Below, in pieces: positions 43,001 through 55,281 of a DNA stretch of 64,000 nt (positions are counted from its first letter, which is position 1; every line of letters starts with the position of its first letter). Source of the stretch: Escherichia coli (lineage in GTDB: Bacteria > Pseudomonadota > Gammaproteobacteria > Enterobacterales > Enterobacteriaceae); NCBI RefSeq assembly GCF_036507355.1, contig NZ_AP027877.1. The stretch is one strand, 5' to 3'. A program made the position numbers and the translations under genes. Under the pieces are notes generated by a model. It did not search any database, was not told where the DNA came from, and saw only the letters and a program-made list of their open reading frames with translations.

Positions 43001-43972
43001 ATAAAGCGGCAAGATTTCGGTATGACGCAGATTTAGCTTGTTCAGCGCATCGGCGGTATCGCGAATTTCCCGCTCGCCGCTCATAAAGATCAGAATGTCG
43101 CCGGGGCTTTCCTGGCTCAGTTCGTCTACGGCGTCAAAAATCGCCTGCAATTGATCGCGCTCGGTGTCATCGGCTTCTTCAACAATCGGGCGATAGCGCA
43201 CTTCCACCGGATAGGTCCGACCGGAGACTTCAATAATCGGCGCATTATTAAAGTGGCGCGAAAAGCGTTCCGGGTCGATAGTCGCGGAAGTGATAATGAT
43301 TTTTAGGTCAGGACGCCGCGGCAGCAACTCTTTCAAATAGCCGAGCAAAAAATCGATATTCAGGCTGCGTTCGTGCGCTTCGTCAATAATGATAGTGTCG
43401 TACTGCATCAGCAGGCGGTCTTGCTGGATCTCCGCCAGCAGGATACCGTCGGTCATCAGCTTGACCATCGTGTTATCACTTACGTGATCGCTGAAACGCA
43501 CTTTGTAACCGATGCAACCGCCCGGCTCCGTTTTCAGCTCTTCCGCAATACGGTTCGCCACTGTTCTTGCCGCCAGACGACGCGGCTGGGTATGGCCGAT
43601 CAGCCCTTTAATCCCGCGCCCCAGCTCCATACAGATTTTCGGTAGCTGAGTCGTTTTACCGGAACCGGTTTCCCCGGCGACGATCACCACCTGGTGATCA
43701 CGAATCGCTTCGAGAATGTCCTGCTTTTTCTGACTAACCGGTAAATTGTCAGGGTAAGTAATTTCCGGTCGTGCCGCTTCACGCAGCAGGACTTTCCCTG
43801 CCGCCTGGTCAATCTCTTTCGCCATCTCCTGGAAAATGGCCTGTTGTGCATCAGGATTTTTAACCTTCTTCACACCATGCAGACGGCGAGAAAAACGCAG
43901 TCTGTCACGCAGCATCAGCGAATCCAGCCGCTGCTGCAAAGCAGTAAAGGTCAATTTTTGTTGTTCTGTCAT
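40070..43972 (-). CDS. hrpA: ATP-dependent RNA helicase HrpA (DEAH-box)
   Basis: 1300 aa; Walker A GETGSGKTTQ and DEAH box IIIDEAHERS. Confidence 0.92.
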   Translation of the reverse strand: MTEQQKLTFTALQQRLDSLMLRDRLRFSRRLHGVKKVKNPDAQQAIFQEMAKEIDQAAGKVLLREAARPEITYPDNLPVSQKKQDILEAIRDHQVVIVAGETGSGKTTQLPKICMELGRGIKGLIGHTQPRRLAARTVANRIAEELKTEPGGCIGYKVRFSDHVSDNTMVKLMTDGILLAEIQQDRLLMQYDTIIIDEAHERSLNIDFLLGYLKELLPRRPDLKIIITSATIDPERFSRHFNNAPIIEVSGRTYPVEVRYRPIVEEADDTERDQLQAIFDAVDELSQESPGDILIFMSGEREIRDTADALNKLNLRHTEILPLYARLSNSEQNRVFQSHSGRRIVLATNVAETSLTVPGIKYVIDPGTARISRYSYRTKVQRLPIEPISQASANQRKGRCGRVSEGICIRLYSEDDFLSRPEFTDPEILRTNLASVILQMTALGLGDIAAFPFVEAPDKRNIQDGVRLLEELGAITTDEQASAYKLTPLGRQLSQLPVDPRLARMVLEAQKHGCVREAMIITSALSIQDPRERPMDKQQASDEKHRRFHDKESDFLAFVNLWNYLGEQQKALSSNAFRRLCRTDYLNYLRVREWQDIYTQLRQVVKELGIPVNSEPAEYREIHIALLTGLLSHIGMKDADKQEYTGARNARFSIFPGSGLFKKPPKWVMVAELVETSRLWGRIAARIDPEWVEPVAQHLIKRTYSEPHWERAQGAVMATEKVTVYGLPIVAARKVNYSQIDPALCRELFIRHALVEGDWQTRHAFFRENLKLRAEVEELEHKSRRRDILVDDETLFEFYDQRISHDVISARHFDSWWKKVSRETPDLLNFEKSMLIKEGAEKISKLDYPNFWHQGNLKLRLSYQFEPGADADGVTVHIPLPLLNQVEESGFEWQIPGLRRELVIALIKSLPKPVRRNFVPAPNYAEAFLGRATPLELPLLDSLERELRRMTGVTVDREDWHWDQVPDHLKITFRVVDDKNKKLQEGRSLQALKEALKGKVQETLSAVADDGIEQSGLHIWSFGQLPESYEQKRGNYKVKAWPALVDERDSVAIKLFDNPLEQKQAMWNGLRRLLLLNIPSPIKYLHEKLPNKAKLGLYFNPYGKVLDLIDDCISCGVDQLIDANGGPVWTEEGFAALHEKVRAELNDTVVDIAKQVEQILTAVFNINKRLKGRVDMTMALGLSDIKAQMGGLVYRGFVTGNGFKRLGDTLRYLQAIEKRLEKLAVDPHRDRAQMLKVENVQQAWQQWINKLPPARREDEDVKEIRWMIEELRVSYFAQQLGTPYPISDKRILQAMEQISG

Positions 43973-44163
43973 AACGTTAGAGGGCAGTAGTCTGCCTGAT
44001 TAATTTTCTTTTAAATGATAGATATAGAGTACCACATCGCGGCTTTCTATGCGTTGTTCAATAAATTCGAACATAGGCTTCGATTTATTGCGCTATCTCT
44101 GTGGCAGGATTGTGAATAAAGTGTCAACAAGCAACGGGGCATCGCCCATTCAAACATCTATAA

Positions 44164-44778
<615 letters not shown>

Positions 44779-44792
44779 CCGGACACGGTCTT

Positions 44793-44822
44793 GATGTGGA
44801 CTGTAGATATTCAGTCCACATC
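44793..44822. other. intergenic stem-loop gatgtggactg / cagtccacatc between azoR and ynbD
   Basis: Inverted repeat read directly; no clear U-tract. Confidence 0.4.
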
Positions 44823-44831
44823 TCAATCCAC

Positions 44832-47895
<3,064 letters not shown>

Positions 47896-47910
47896 TTTCT
47901 CTATTTTCCT

Positions 47911-48807
47911 TCAGTAACAGCAGTAGCGAATAAAATAAAAAAATACCGGATCGGTGAAAATTAATGAGTCAATCCTGTCAAGGAGTCCGCCATGTCCTGG
48001 TAATAGTTTTCCGCTATCTTTAACACCAATATCTCGTTTGATGGCTGACATCACTACATCGCCGCAAAAACCACTAATACCAATTAACAAACCCGCTAAT
48101 AATGCCTGTAATGTATTTAGCGGTGTCAGCAACGGTCCAATAATCAGTGACGCAATCATGGTGGTGATGACGCCCCCCACCAGACCTTCCAGCGTTTTTC
48201 CCGGGCTGACTTTGGGGACCACTTTTCTTCTGCCGCAGGATTTCCCCCATAAATACTGTGCAATATCGTTTGACTCTGTTAACGCCAAAAGAAATAACAC
48301 CAGTAACGCCCCGCCCTGGGTATTTATGGTTGGCAACATTAATAGCCAGGCGGTATGACTCAAGGCGAAAACGGTCATTATCCAGCCCCAAAAAATGGCG
48401 CTCACGATATGCAGAAAACCGGAGGGATCACCCACAAAAACTCGCCAGGTGGCTAATATCAGAAACCCAGTCAAAGGTATAAATAACAGAAACAGCTCAA
48501 AGCAATTAAAACCGATAAGCAAATAGTTAAGAGGAATAACCCAATATAACCAACGCGGAAAATGTACGGATATAAGCGTACAATATTCTTTCAATGCCAG
48601 AAAACTTATCAGCGCAAAAAACGTCAACGTCATCCAGCGTGGACCTGAAATCACCAGTGAAAAACAAATGACGATACCCCACCAGGTACGAATACGTAAT
48701 GTAACTTCATCCCCTTTTCTCTCCGGTAACCGCCATACCCGAAAACGGTTTATCAGCGTTGCTAAAATTAACAACGCGAAAAGTGTTGCCAGAGATTTTT
48801 CCAGCAT
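47911..48807 (-). CDS. ynbB: CDP-diglyceride synthase (CdsA)-like membrane protein
   Basis: 298-aa polytopic ORF; 1-nt start/stop overlap with ynbA. Confidence 0.8.
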   Translation of the reverse strand: MLEKSLATLFALLILATLINRFRVWRLPERKGDEVTLRIRTWWGIVICFSLVISGPRWMTLTFFALISFLALKEYCTLISVHFPRWLYWVIPLNYLLIGFNCFELFLLFIPLTGFLILATWRVFVGDPSGFLHIVSAIFWGWIMTVFALSHTAWLLMLPTINTQGGALLVLFLLALTESNDIAQYLWGKSCGRRKVVPKVSPGKTLEGLVGGVITTMIASLIIGPLLTPLNTLQALLAGLLIGISGFCGDVVMSAIKRDIGVKDSGKLLPGHGGLLDRIDSLIFTDPVFFYFIRYCCY

Positions 48808-49412
48808 TATCTTTCAGCACTCATCAGGAGCACACTCCGACAACGATTAATCGCAGTCCAGATAAGCAGAATTGAAGCAATGCCCCATAAAAGATTATTC
48901 CATTGCATCCACTGTGGATAAATGGCAACGGCCAGCCCCCACAACCCAAATATTAACGCACGATCGCTTTTGCCGAATGGACCGGCATAACTGCGAATAC
49001 CGTTAATCGTCTGCGCGAGTAAACCGCAAAACTCAGTCAATATGGTGCAAAATAACATGAGTATTACGAGTGATGCGTTACTTTCCGGTAAAAATAAAAA
49101 CGGTAAATAGAGCGCAATATCGGAAATAACATCGCCAGTTTCATTCAAAATCGCCCCCAGACGTGTTTGCTGATTGCACTCACGCGCCAACATGCCATCC
49201 AGCGCATTGAGTGCCATACGGATAAAAAGCACGATGGGCAATAGCAAAAAGAGGATGGGTTGTGCGACCAACATCAACAGCAATCCGTTAATAAGAGAAA
49301 GCGCCAGTGCAGCAAGAGTGATGTGATTCGCTGTAACATGGTGCTTATAAAGCCAAAACATCGTCGGCCTTAACAGCGACTGAAAGAGCGGTTTTATCTG
49401 GTAGAGCGTCAT
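48807..49412 (-). CDS. ynbA: CDP-alcohol phosphatidyltransferase family protein
   Basis: ORF 48807-49418; ATG third codon gives 201 aa; motif DGMLAR...G...LNETGDVISD fits the CDP-alcohol phosphatidyltransferase signature. Confidence 0.8.
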   Translation of the reverse strand: MTLYQIKPLFQSLLRPTMFWLYKHHVTANHITLAALALSLINGLLLMLVAQPILFLLLPIVLFIRMALNALDGMLARECNQQTRLGAILNETGDVISDIALYLPFLFLPESNASLVILMLFCTILTEFCGLLAQTINGIRSYAGPFGKSDRALIFGLWGLAVAIYPQWMQWNNLLWGIASILLIWTAINRCRSVLLMSAER

Positions 49413-49581
49413 TATCAATCCTTGATAATTCGGTTTGCGCTATGGTGCATCAATTCCCCTGACGGAGATATCGCAACACGACGCTTCATTAAAAATTCAG
49501 AATATATCAAGGTATTGGGGACTCACTGTCAGGAATGATTATCCCAATAAATCAAGTGGTTAAAAATTATTACGCTGTTAT

Positions 49582-50478
49582 TCAATACAACTCATCAAGT
49601 TTTCTCATCGCTTGTTCCCGTATTGCGCGCGTCTTACCGTTAAGCGCCAGCTGGCGAACTAAATCCAGTTCAGGGTTAACAAGCTCTAACGCCAGCAAAG
49701 GATCACGTTTCAGCCTCGCCTTTAATACATCAACTGGAAAACGGGGATTATTCATCGCCACAATCCACCACTCGGGATCAATTTCTGCCGCCAGTACTGC
49801 AGGCGGTGTGTGGCGGTTGTTAAGTGCGCCGAACTTGAAAAATGTGAGATTGCTTTTCGCCAGTGTACTCCACCATATACGATCCGGTTGTTTTGCCAGT
49901 ACATCCAGTTGTGCTAACGCATCGGGGTCTAGTGCATAATAAACACGTAACGCTTCGTTAACCTGCGCACGGGAACTGTTTTCCTGCCTCAGAAAAAACT
50001 TCGCCCAAATATCATTGCGTGGCGTGTTTTGCTGTAATTCCTTGAGAACAACAGCGGGTAAATTATCCCAACTAATTAATGCACTCTCTAAAAAGTCCCA
50101 GTCGTCCGAACGTATCAGAGAGGTGGCATTTAATAGCATCTGGTCATCAACTTCACCGTAGCTGATAAGCTCAGACAAAATCATATCAGCGCTGGTTTCA
50201 TATGCATCTGAATCTGCTTTGGGATTATTTTTCCGATGCGATAAAGCACGTTGCCAAATTTTTTGTTTCATCGACGTGCTCAGATACTGATTTTTCGCCA
50301 GATTACTCCACCCCTCAGGATCGTTGAAACGTGTCAATAACCGTTGTAAAGCAGCGTCAGAGTGAATTATCTGCATATCCCGACAGCAAAAGTAGGCAGG
50401 GGATTTTTTCTCCATCCTTTTAACAAAATTAAACTGTAAGTTATCTGGCAACGCTAAAAATAACGCATCTATTAGATC
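49582..50478 (-). pseudogene. ydbD: 3' portion of ydbD-like gene, 5' end replaced by IS1
   Basis: 289-codon ORF whose frame stays open up to and into the IS1 terminal repeat (first stop lies inside IS1 at 50494-50496); the intact gene is remembered as about 768 codons. Confidence 0.55.
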
Positions 50479-50493
50479 GGTAATGACTCCAAC

Positions 50494-50997
50494 TTATTGA
50501 TAGTGTTTTATGTTCAGATAATGCCCGATGACTTTGTCATGCAGCTCCACCGATTTTGAGAACGACAGCGACTTCCGTCCCAGCCGTGCCAGGTGCTGCC
50601 TCAGATTCAGGTTATGCCGCTCAATTCGCTGCGTATATCGCTTGCTGATTACGTGCAGCTTTCCCTTCAGGCGGGATTCATACAGCGGCCAGCCATCCGT
50701 CATCCATATCACCACGTCAAAGGGTGACAGCAGGCTCATAAGATGCCCCAGCGTCGCCATCGTGCGTTCACCGAATACGTGCGCAACAACCGTCTTCCGG
50801 AGCCTGTCATACGCGTAAAACAGCCAGCGCTGGCGCGATTTAGCCCCGACATAGCCCCACTGTTCGTCCATTTCCGCGCAGACGATGACGTCACTGCCCG
50901 GCTGTATGCGCGAGGTTACCGACTGCGGCCTGAGTTTTTTAAGTGACGTAAAATCGTGTTGAGGCCAACGCCCATAATGCGGGCTGTTGCCCGGCAT
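50494..50997 (-). CDS. insB: IS1 InsB (made as InsAB' transposase by -1 frameshift)
   Basis: 167-aa ORF; differs from the second copy at one residue (…[10 protein letters not shown]… versus …[10 protein letters not shown]…). Confidence 0.9.
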
Positions 50998-51191
50998 CCA
51001 ACGCCATTCATGGCCATATCAATGATTTTCTGGTGCGTACCGGGTTGAGAAGCGGTGTAAGTGAACTGCAGTTGCCATGTTTTACGGCAGTGAGAGCAGA
51101 GATAGCGCTGATGTCCGGCGGTGCTTTTGCCGTTACGCACCACCCCGTCAGTAGCTGAACAGGAGGGACAGCTGATAGAAACAGAAGCCAC
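50916..51191 (-). CDS. insA: IS1 InsA (transposition repressor / N-terminal part of transposase)
   Basis: 91-aa [43 protein letters not shown]... Confidence 0.9.
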
Positions 51192-51246
51192 TGGAGCACC
51201 TCAAAAACACCATCATACACTAAATCAGTAAGTTGGCAGCATCACC

Positions 51247-53479
51247 CACGTCGGTATCAGCCGTTTTGTTTGTGTTGCTAAATGCAATCGAACGGCTACT
51301 GTCAAGGTTGTGAACGTCATAACGCAATGCGTTATTCCAGTTCATGCCGTTGTCGAAGGACATCTGATGTTTCAGGCCAAAGAACTGGCTATAACCACCT
51401 GTGACGCCATTATCACCCGCTTTCTGCGCACCATCACCATCGAGACGAGCGATACCGTATTCCAGGCTCATGCTCTGGCTTTCGCTCAGGTCAACGGTTT
51501 TACGCAGTGCCAGCATGTCATACTCGGTGTTATTTCCGAGTTCCTCACGCGGGTCACCTTTCGCCACCACGTTAAAGGCCAGGCCATTGCCCACCTTCGG
51601 CGCGGCATCCGCCAGCATGCTGAAGCGGTTGCTTAACATACGCGCTTCACGGAATACCGTGGTCGCCTGGCTACCGCTCACCTGCTTCAGGGCGCTATTC
51701 AGTTCAGCAGTGGTGCCCACGTTCAGGCTGGTATACAGCTCGTTATTGGTGTAACCCGCATCCAGTGCCTTCGCCACATCGTTCACCGAAGCATCGGTCG
51801 CCACATCGGTGTAGGCGTTTTTGCTCATGATGACGTCAACGTTGCCGCTGGCATCGGTGCTGCCTTTGGCGGTCCATACCACGGACGTTGAGGTGATGGC
51901 ATCGGCGTCGGTCAGGTTGATGCCTTCCACCACGTTGTCGAAACTGACCGTGGTGTCTGCCGTACCGGCGGCGAAACCGGTGTTGATCCCGACACCATTC
52001 ATGCTGGCGTTGTTGACCTTCAGTTTACCGGCGCTGCCGTCAACGTTGGTACCGACGATATAGCCGTTGAGGTTGTTACTGCTGCCATCGCTACTACCGC
52101 TATCAGTCGTTTCACTGAAAGGTGAAGTGGTGTAAGTGTTTGGCATGTCCGGCAACGTGTAGTCGGTGTAATGCACTTCGGTATTGTTACCGCTGTTGCC
52201 GTTCACCCCTTCCACATTCACGCTGTCGCCCTGCTTAATCAACCCCGAACCAGTCACGCCGTCGGCAATCACCACCGTACCGTTGTTAACGATATGACCT
52301 TCTGTGCCCAGTACGCTGAACGCAAACGAGTCGTTAGCAAAAATATTGATCGTGCCGTTGTTCTCAATTACCGCATCGGCGGTGGCATTGGCATCCAGTT
52401 GCATACCAGTCAATCCGGTATCGGTGGTGCCTTCGGTACCGAGATTGATAACACCGTTGTTAACCAGCTGTGCGTTTTTATCGCCTTCCATCGCCACGGC
52501 GTTGTTGCCGCTGATGTTCATTACACCATCGTTGAGAGCAACATAGTTGTTGTGGGTGAATTTAACCGCGCTGGCGTTGTCTTTATCGAAGTTAATTACC
52601 CCGCCATCCTGGTTCCACAAGAAGGCATCGCTTTCTGTCGCACCGGCAGTACTTACCGCCACGGTGACTTTCGCATCCACCACGCCCTTGTTAATAAACT
52701 GGCTGGCGCCATCGTCATAGTGAATAGCGCCCGCACCTAATGCGGCATCCAGCGTCATTTCACCGGTGTTATATAACGTGGCGTTAGCATTGCTGCCCTG
52801 GAAGCGAATGGCGTTTTTGCTGTTATCAAGGATGAGTTTGCCGCTGTTGTTGAACGTTGACTTATCGTCAATATCCAGCGTCCCGGCATTGTTGTTTTCA
52901 TCCTGATAACCCATTTTCCAGGTACCCGCGTTATTCACTACCGCAGAGTTATAGAGAATCGCGCCTTTACGCGCCTCGCCGCCTGCAAGGTTATTGAATA
53001 CCGCATCGCCCTGAGCGTTAACGCGCGCCGACGCAATACCGCTGTTATTCACCGTACCATCGTGAAGTTGTAAAGTTGACAGGGAACCGGTGTTATTAAT
53101 TACCGCGTTGCTGTTTTTCTCAATTTTTACGACGTCATTAAGCGTTCCGTTGTTATTGAAGGTCCCTCCTTCCAAAGTCACCGTGTTCAATACACCTTCA
53201 TTGGTTAACGCACCGCCTGCATTCACGACGATGGCTGAGCTAATGGTTCCGCTCGACTCGTTAACCAGCGCACCATTTTCGAGTATCCTGATCGTTCCAT
53301 TTTTAACAGCACCCGCACTGGTGACATCCCCGTTGATAATCGCACCAGACGATAATAATACGGTCTCACCCGCAGAACTTAATACATCGCCATCATCATA
53401 CAAATCGGCGATATAATTATCCGTCGGATTATATTCATCGGCCCCCTGGCAAACCCCAAAGGTACAAATGGTGCCATAG
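51247..53479 (-). pseudogene. ydbA: internal fragment of an autotransporter adhesin gene (ydbA-like), both ends cut by IS1
   Basis: 757-codon ORF with no native start or stop (frame runs into both IS1 ends); N/G/T/S-rich beta-helix repeats of a passenger domain, then the start of a beta-barrel translocator domain. Confidence 0.7.
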
Positions 53480-53534
53480 GGTGATGCTGCCAACTTACTG
53501 ATTTAGTGTATGATGGTGTTTTTGAGGTGCTCCA

Positions 53535-53810
53535 GTGGCTTCTGTTTCTATCAGCTGTCCCTCCTGTTCAGCTACTGACGGGGTGGTGCGTAACGGCAAA
53601 AGCACCGCCGGACATCAGCGCTATCTCTGCTCTCACTGCCGTAAAACATGGCAACTGCAGTTCACTTACACCGCTTCTCAACCCGGTACGCACCAGAAAA
53701 TCATTGATATGGCCATGAATGGCGTTGGATGCCGGGCAACAGCCCGCATTATGGGCGTTGGCCTCAACACGATTTTACGTCACTTAAAAAACTCAGGCCG
53801 CAGTCGGTAA
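53535..53810 (+). CDS. insA: IS1 InsA
   Basis: 91-aa ORF identical in protein sequence to the other IS1 copy. Confidence 0.9.
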
Positions 53811-54232
53811 CCTCGCGCATACAGCCGGGCAGTGACGTCATCGTCTGCGCGGAAATGGACGAACAGTGGGGCTATGTCGGGGCTAAATCGCGCCAGCGCT
53901 GGCTGTTTTACGCGTATGACAGGCTCCGGAAGACGGTTGTTGCGCACGTATTCGGTGAACGCACGATGGCGACGCTGGGGCGTCTTATGAGCCTGCTGTC
54001 ACCCTTTGACGTGGTGATATGGATGACGGATGGCTGGCCGCTGTATGAATCCCGCCTGAAGGGAAAGCTGCACGTAATCAGCAAGCGATATACGCAGCGA
54101 ATTGAGCGGCATAACCTGAATCTGAGGCAGCACCTGGCACGGCTGGGACGGAAGTCGCTGTCGTTCTCAAAATCGGTGGAGCTGCATGACAAAGTCATCG
54201 GGCATTATCTGAACATAAAACACTATCAATAA
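53729..54232 (+). CDS. insB: IS1 InsB
   Basis: 167-aa ORF. Confidence 0.9.
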
Positions 54233-54764
54233 GTTGGAGTCATTACCCTGGACTTACGTGTTTTTTCGGTTGAGTCGGGTATTGAAGTATCCGCAGCCCA
54301 TGTCTGGCTACTTAACGCCATGGCAACACAAACAGACAATAATTTTTTCCTTTGCATATAAAATTCCTTAGATCTAGACCGTGCGTAACAAGCCATGCAG
54401 AATTTGAAGATAAATCGTAGTAAATATTCATAGTGAAATAAGCAATAAAGAAATGCTTATATAATTCACAAAATCAATATTAAAATCAGGCAAGTAAAAG
54501 CATACAAAAAAACAGTTGATGGAATTATATTCCACAAAAAACTCACTTCAATCTAAAAATTAACGACAAAAAACAAAAACACACTAATAATTCATTGACG
54601 CTGCATATATATTTTGTGATTACATATATATTGGTAATGATTTGTTATTTAAGGGAAGGATATATAAGGTTTTTGTAGAAATATCCACGGTAATTAAGCA
54701 TGCTAACGTCAGTTTAAATACTGTAAAAGATCATTAATAGATACATTTTGTAGCCAACTATAAT

Positions 54765-55091
54765 TTATTTGCGCAACCATTTACCATTAATTCCCTGAAC
54801 ATATTGCCCCGACTTCGCGCGAGCAACAAGCTTTTGTCCAGCCAGTTTGGCTATCTCTTTAGTGGATACATTATTTTGCTTTGCCAGTTGTTGGTAACTA
54901 TGGTTACGAGCTTCATTAATATCTTTTACTAATGCCTGTGTTTCGGCATCCGTTTGTAGCGCCACCAGGTAACCGTTAAGCGTTTCACCTACCCGCCCCT
55001 GACTTCTGGCTTCGTTCAGGGTTAAAGCCATTGCACTGTCGCTCATCAGGCCAATGGCCCATACAGCTATGAGTAATGTTCTTTTCATCAT
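54765..55091 (-). CDS. ydbL: periplasmic protein (DUF1318)
   Basis: ORF 54765-55169; ATG at 55091 (MMKRTLLIAVWAIGLMSDSAMA...) gives about 108 aa with signal peptide. Confidence 0.75.
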   Translation of the reverse strand: MMKRTLLIAVWAIGLMSDSAMALTLNEARSQGRVGETLNGYLVALQTDAETQALVKDINEARNHSYQQLAKQNNVSTKEIAKLAGQKLVARAKSGQYVQGINGKWLRK

Positions 55092-55095
55092 CACC

Positions 55096-55281
55096 TCAAA
55101 ATAGATCGCTACGGGTTTTGAGCAGGTCTTCAACGTCCTTATCCGCTTTAATGATGATTTCATGCTCAATTTTAACGTTCATATTAATGGTGATTGGCTC
55201 TTTCGGCGCAGCCACTTCAATGCGAGGCGTGCAACCAACCAACATAAAAGAGGACGCAAACGCGGCTATCACTATTTTCAT
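55096..55281 (-). CDS. ynbE: small lipoprotein
   Basis: 61-aa ORF with lipobox MLVGC. Confidence 0.75.
   Translation of the reverse strand: MKIVIAAFASSFMLVGCTPRIEVAAPKEPITINMNVKIEHEIIIKADKDVEDLLKTRSDLF

Larger units (their letters stand above)
50479..51246 (-). mobile_element. IS1 insertion sequence (768 bp), inverted relative to the second copy
   Basis: Ends read directly: ggtaatgactccaacttattgatagtg ... cagtaagttggcagcatcacc; contains insA/insB and the A6C frameshift motif (gtttttt on + strand at 50934-50940). Confidence 0.95.
53480..54247 (+). mobile_element. IS1 insertion sequence (768 bp)
   Basis: Ends read directly: ggtgatgctgccaacttactgat ... cactatcaataagttggagtcattacc; A6C frameshift motif at 53786-53792. 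Confidence 0.95.

Noticed and set aside
42104-43036. 310-aa ORF on + strand inside hrpA; similar long antisense ORFs at 16242-17042 (in ydcS), 21229-21969 (in rlhA), 58083-58763 (in ldhA), 52171-52740 (in the autotransporter fragment)
   Set aside because: Each is fully antisense to a well-supported gene; shadow ORFs with no independent start context or recognisable domains
50470-54256. Looked for 8-9 bp target-site duplications flanking each IS1, including inversion-swapped combinations
   Set aside because: None found; used as evidence for IS1-adjacent deletion rather than simple insertion
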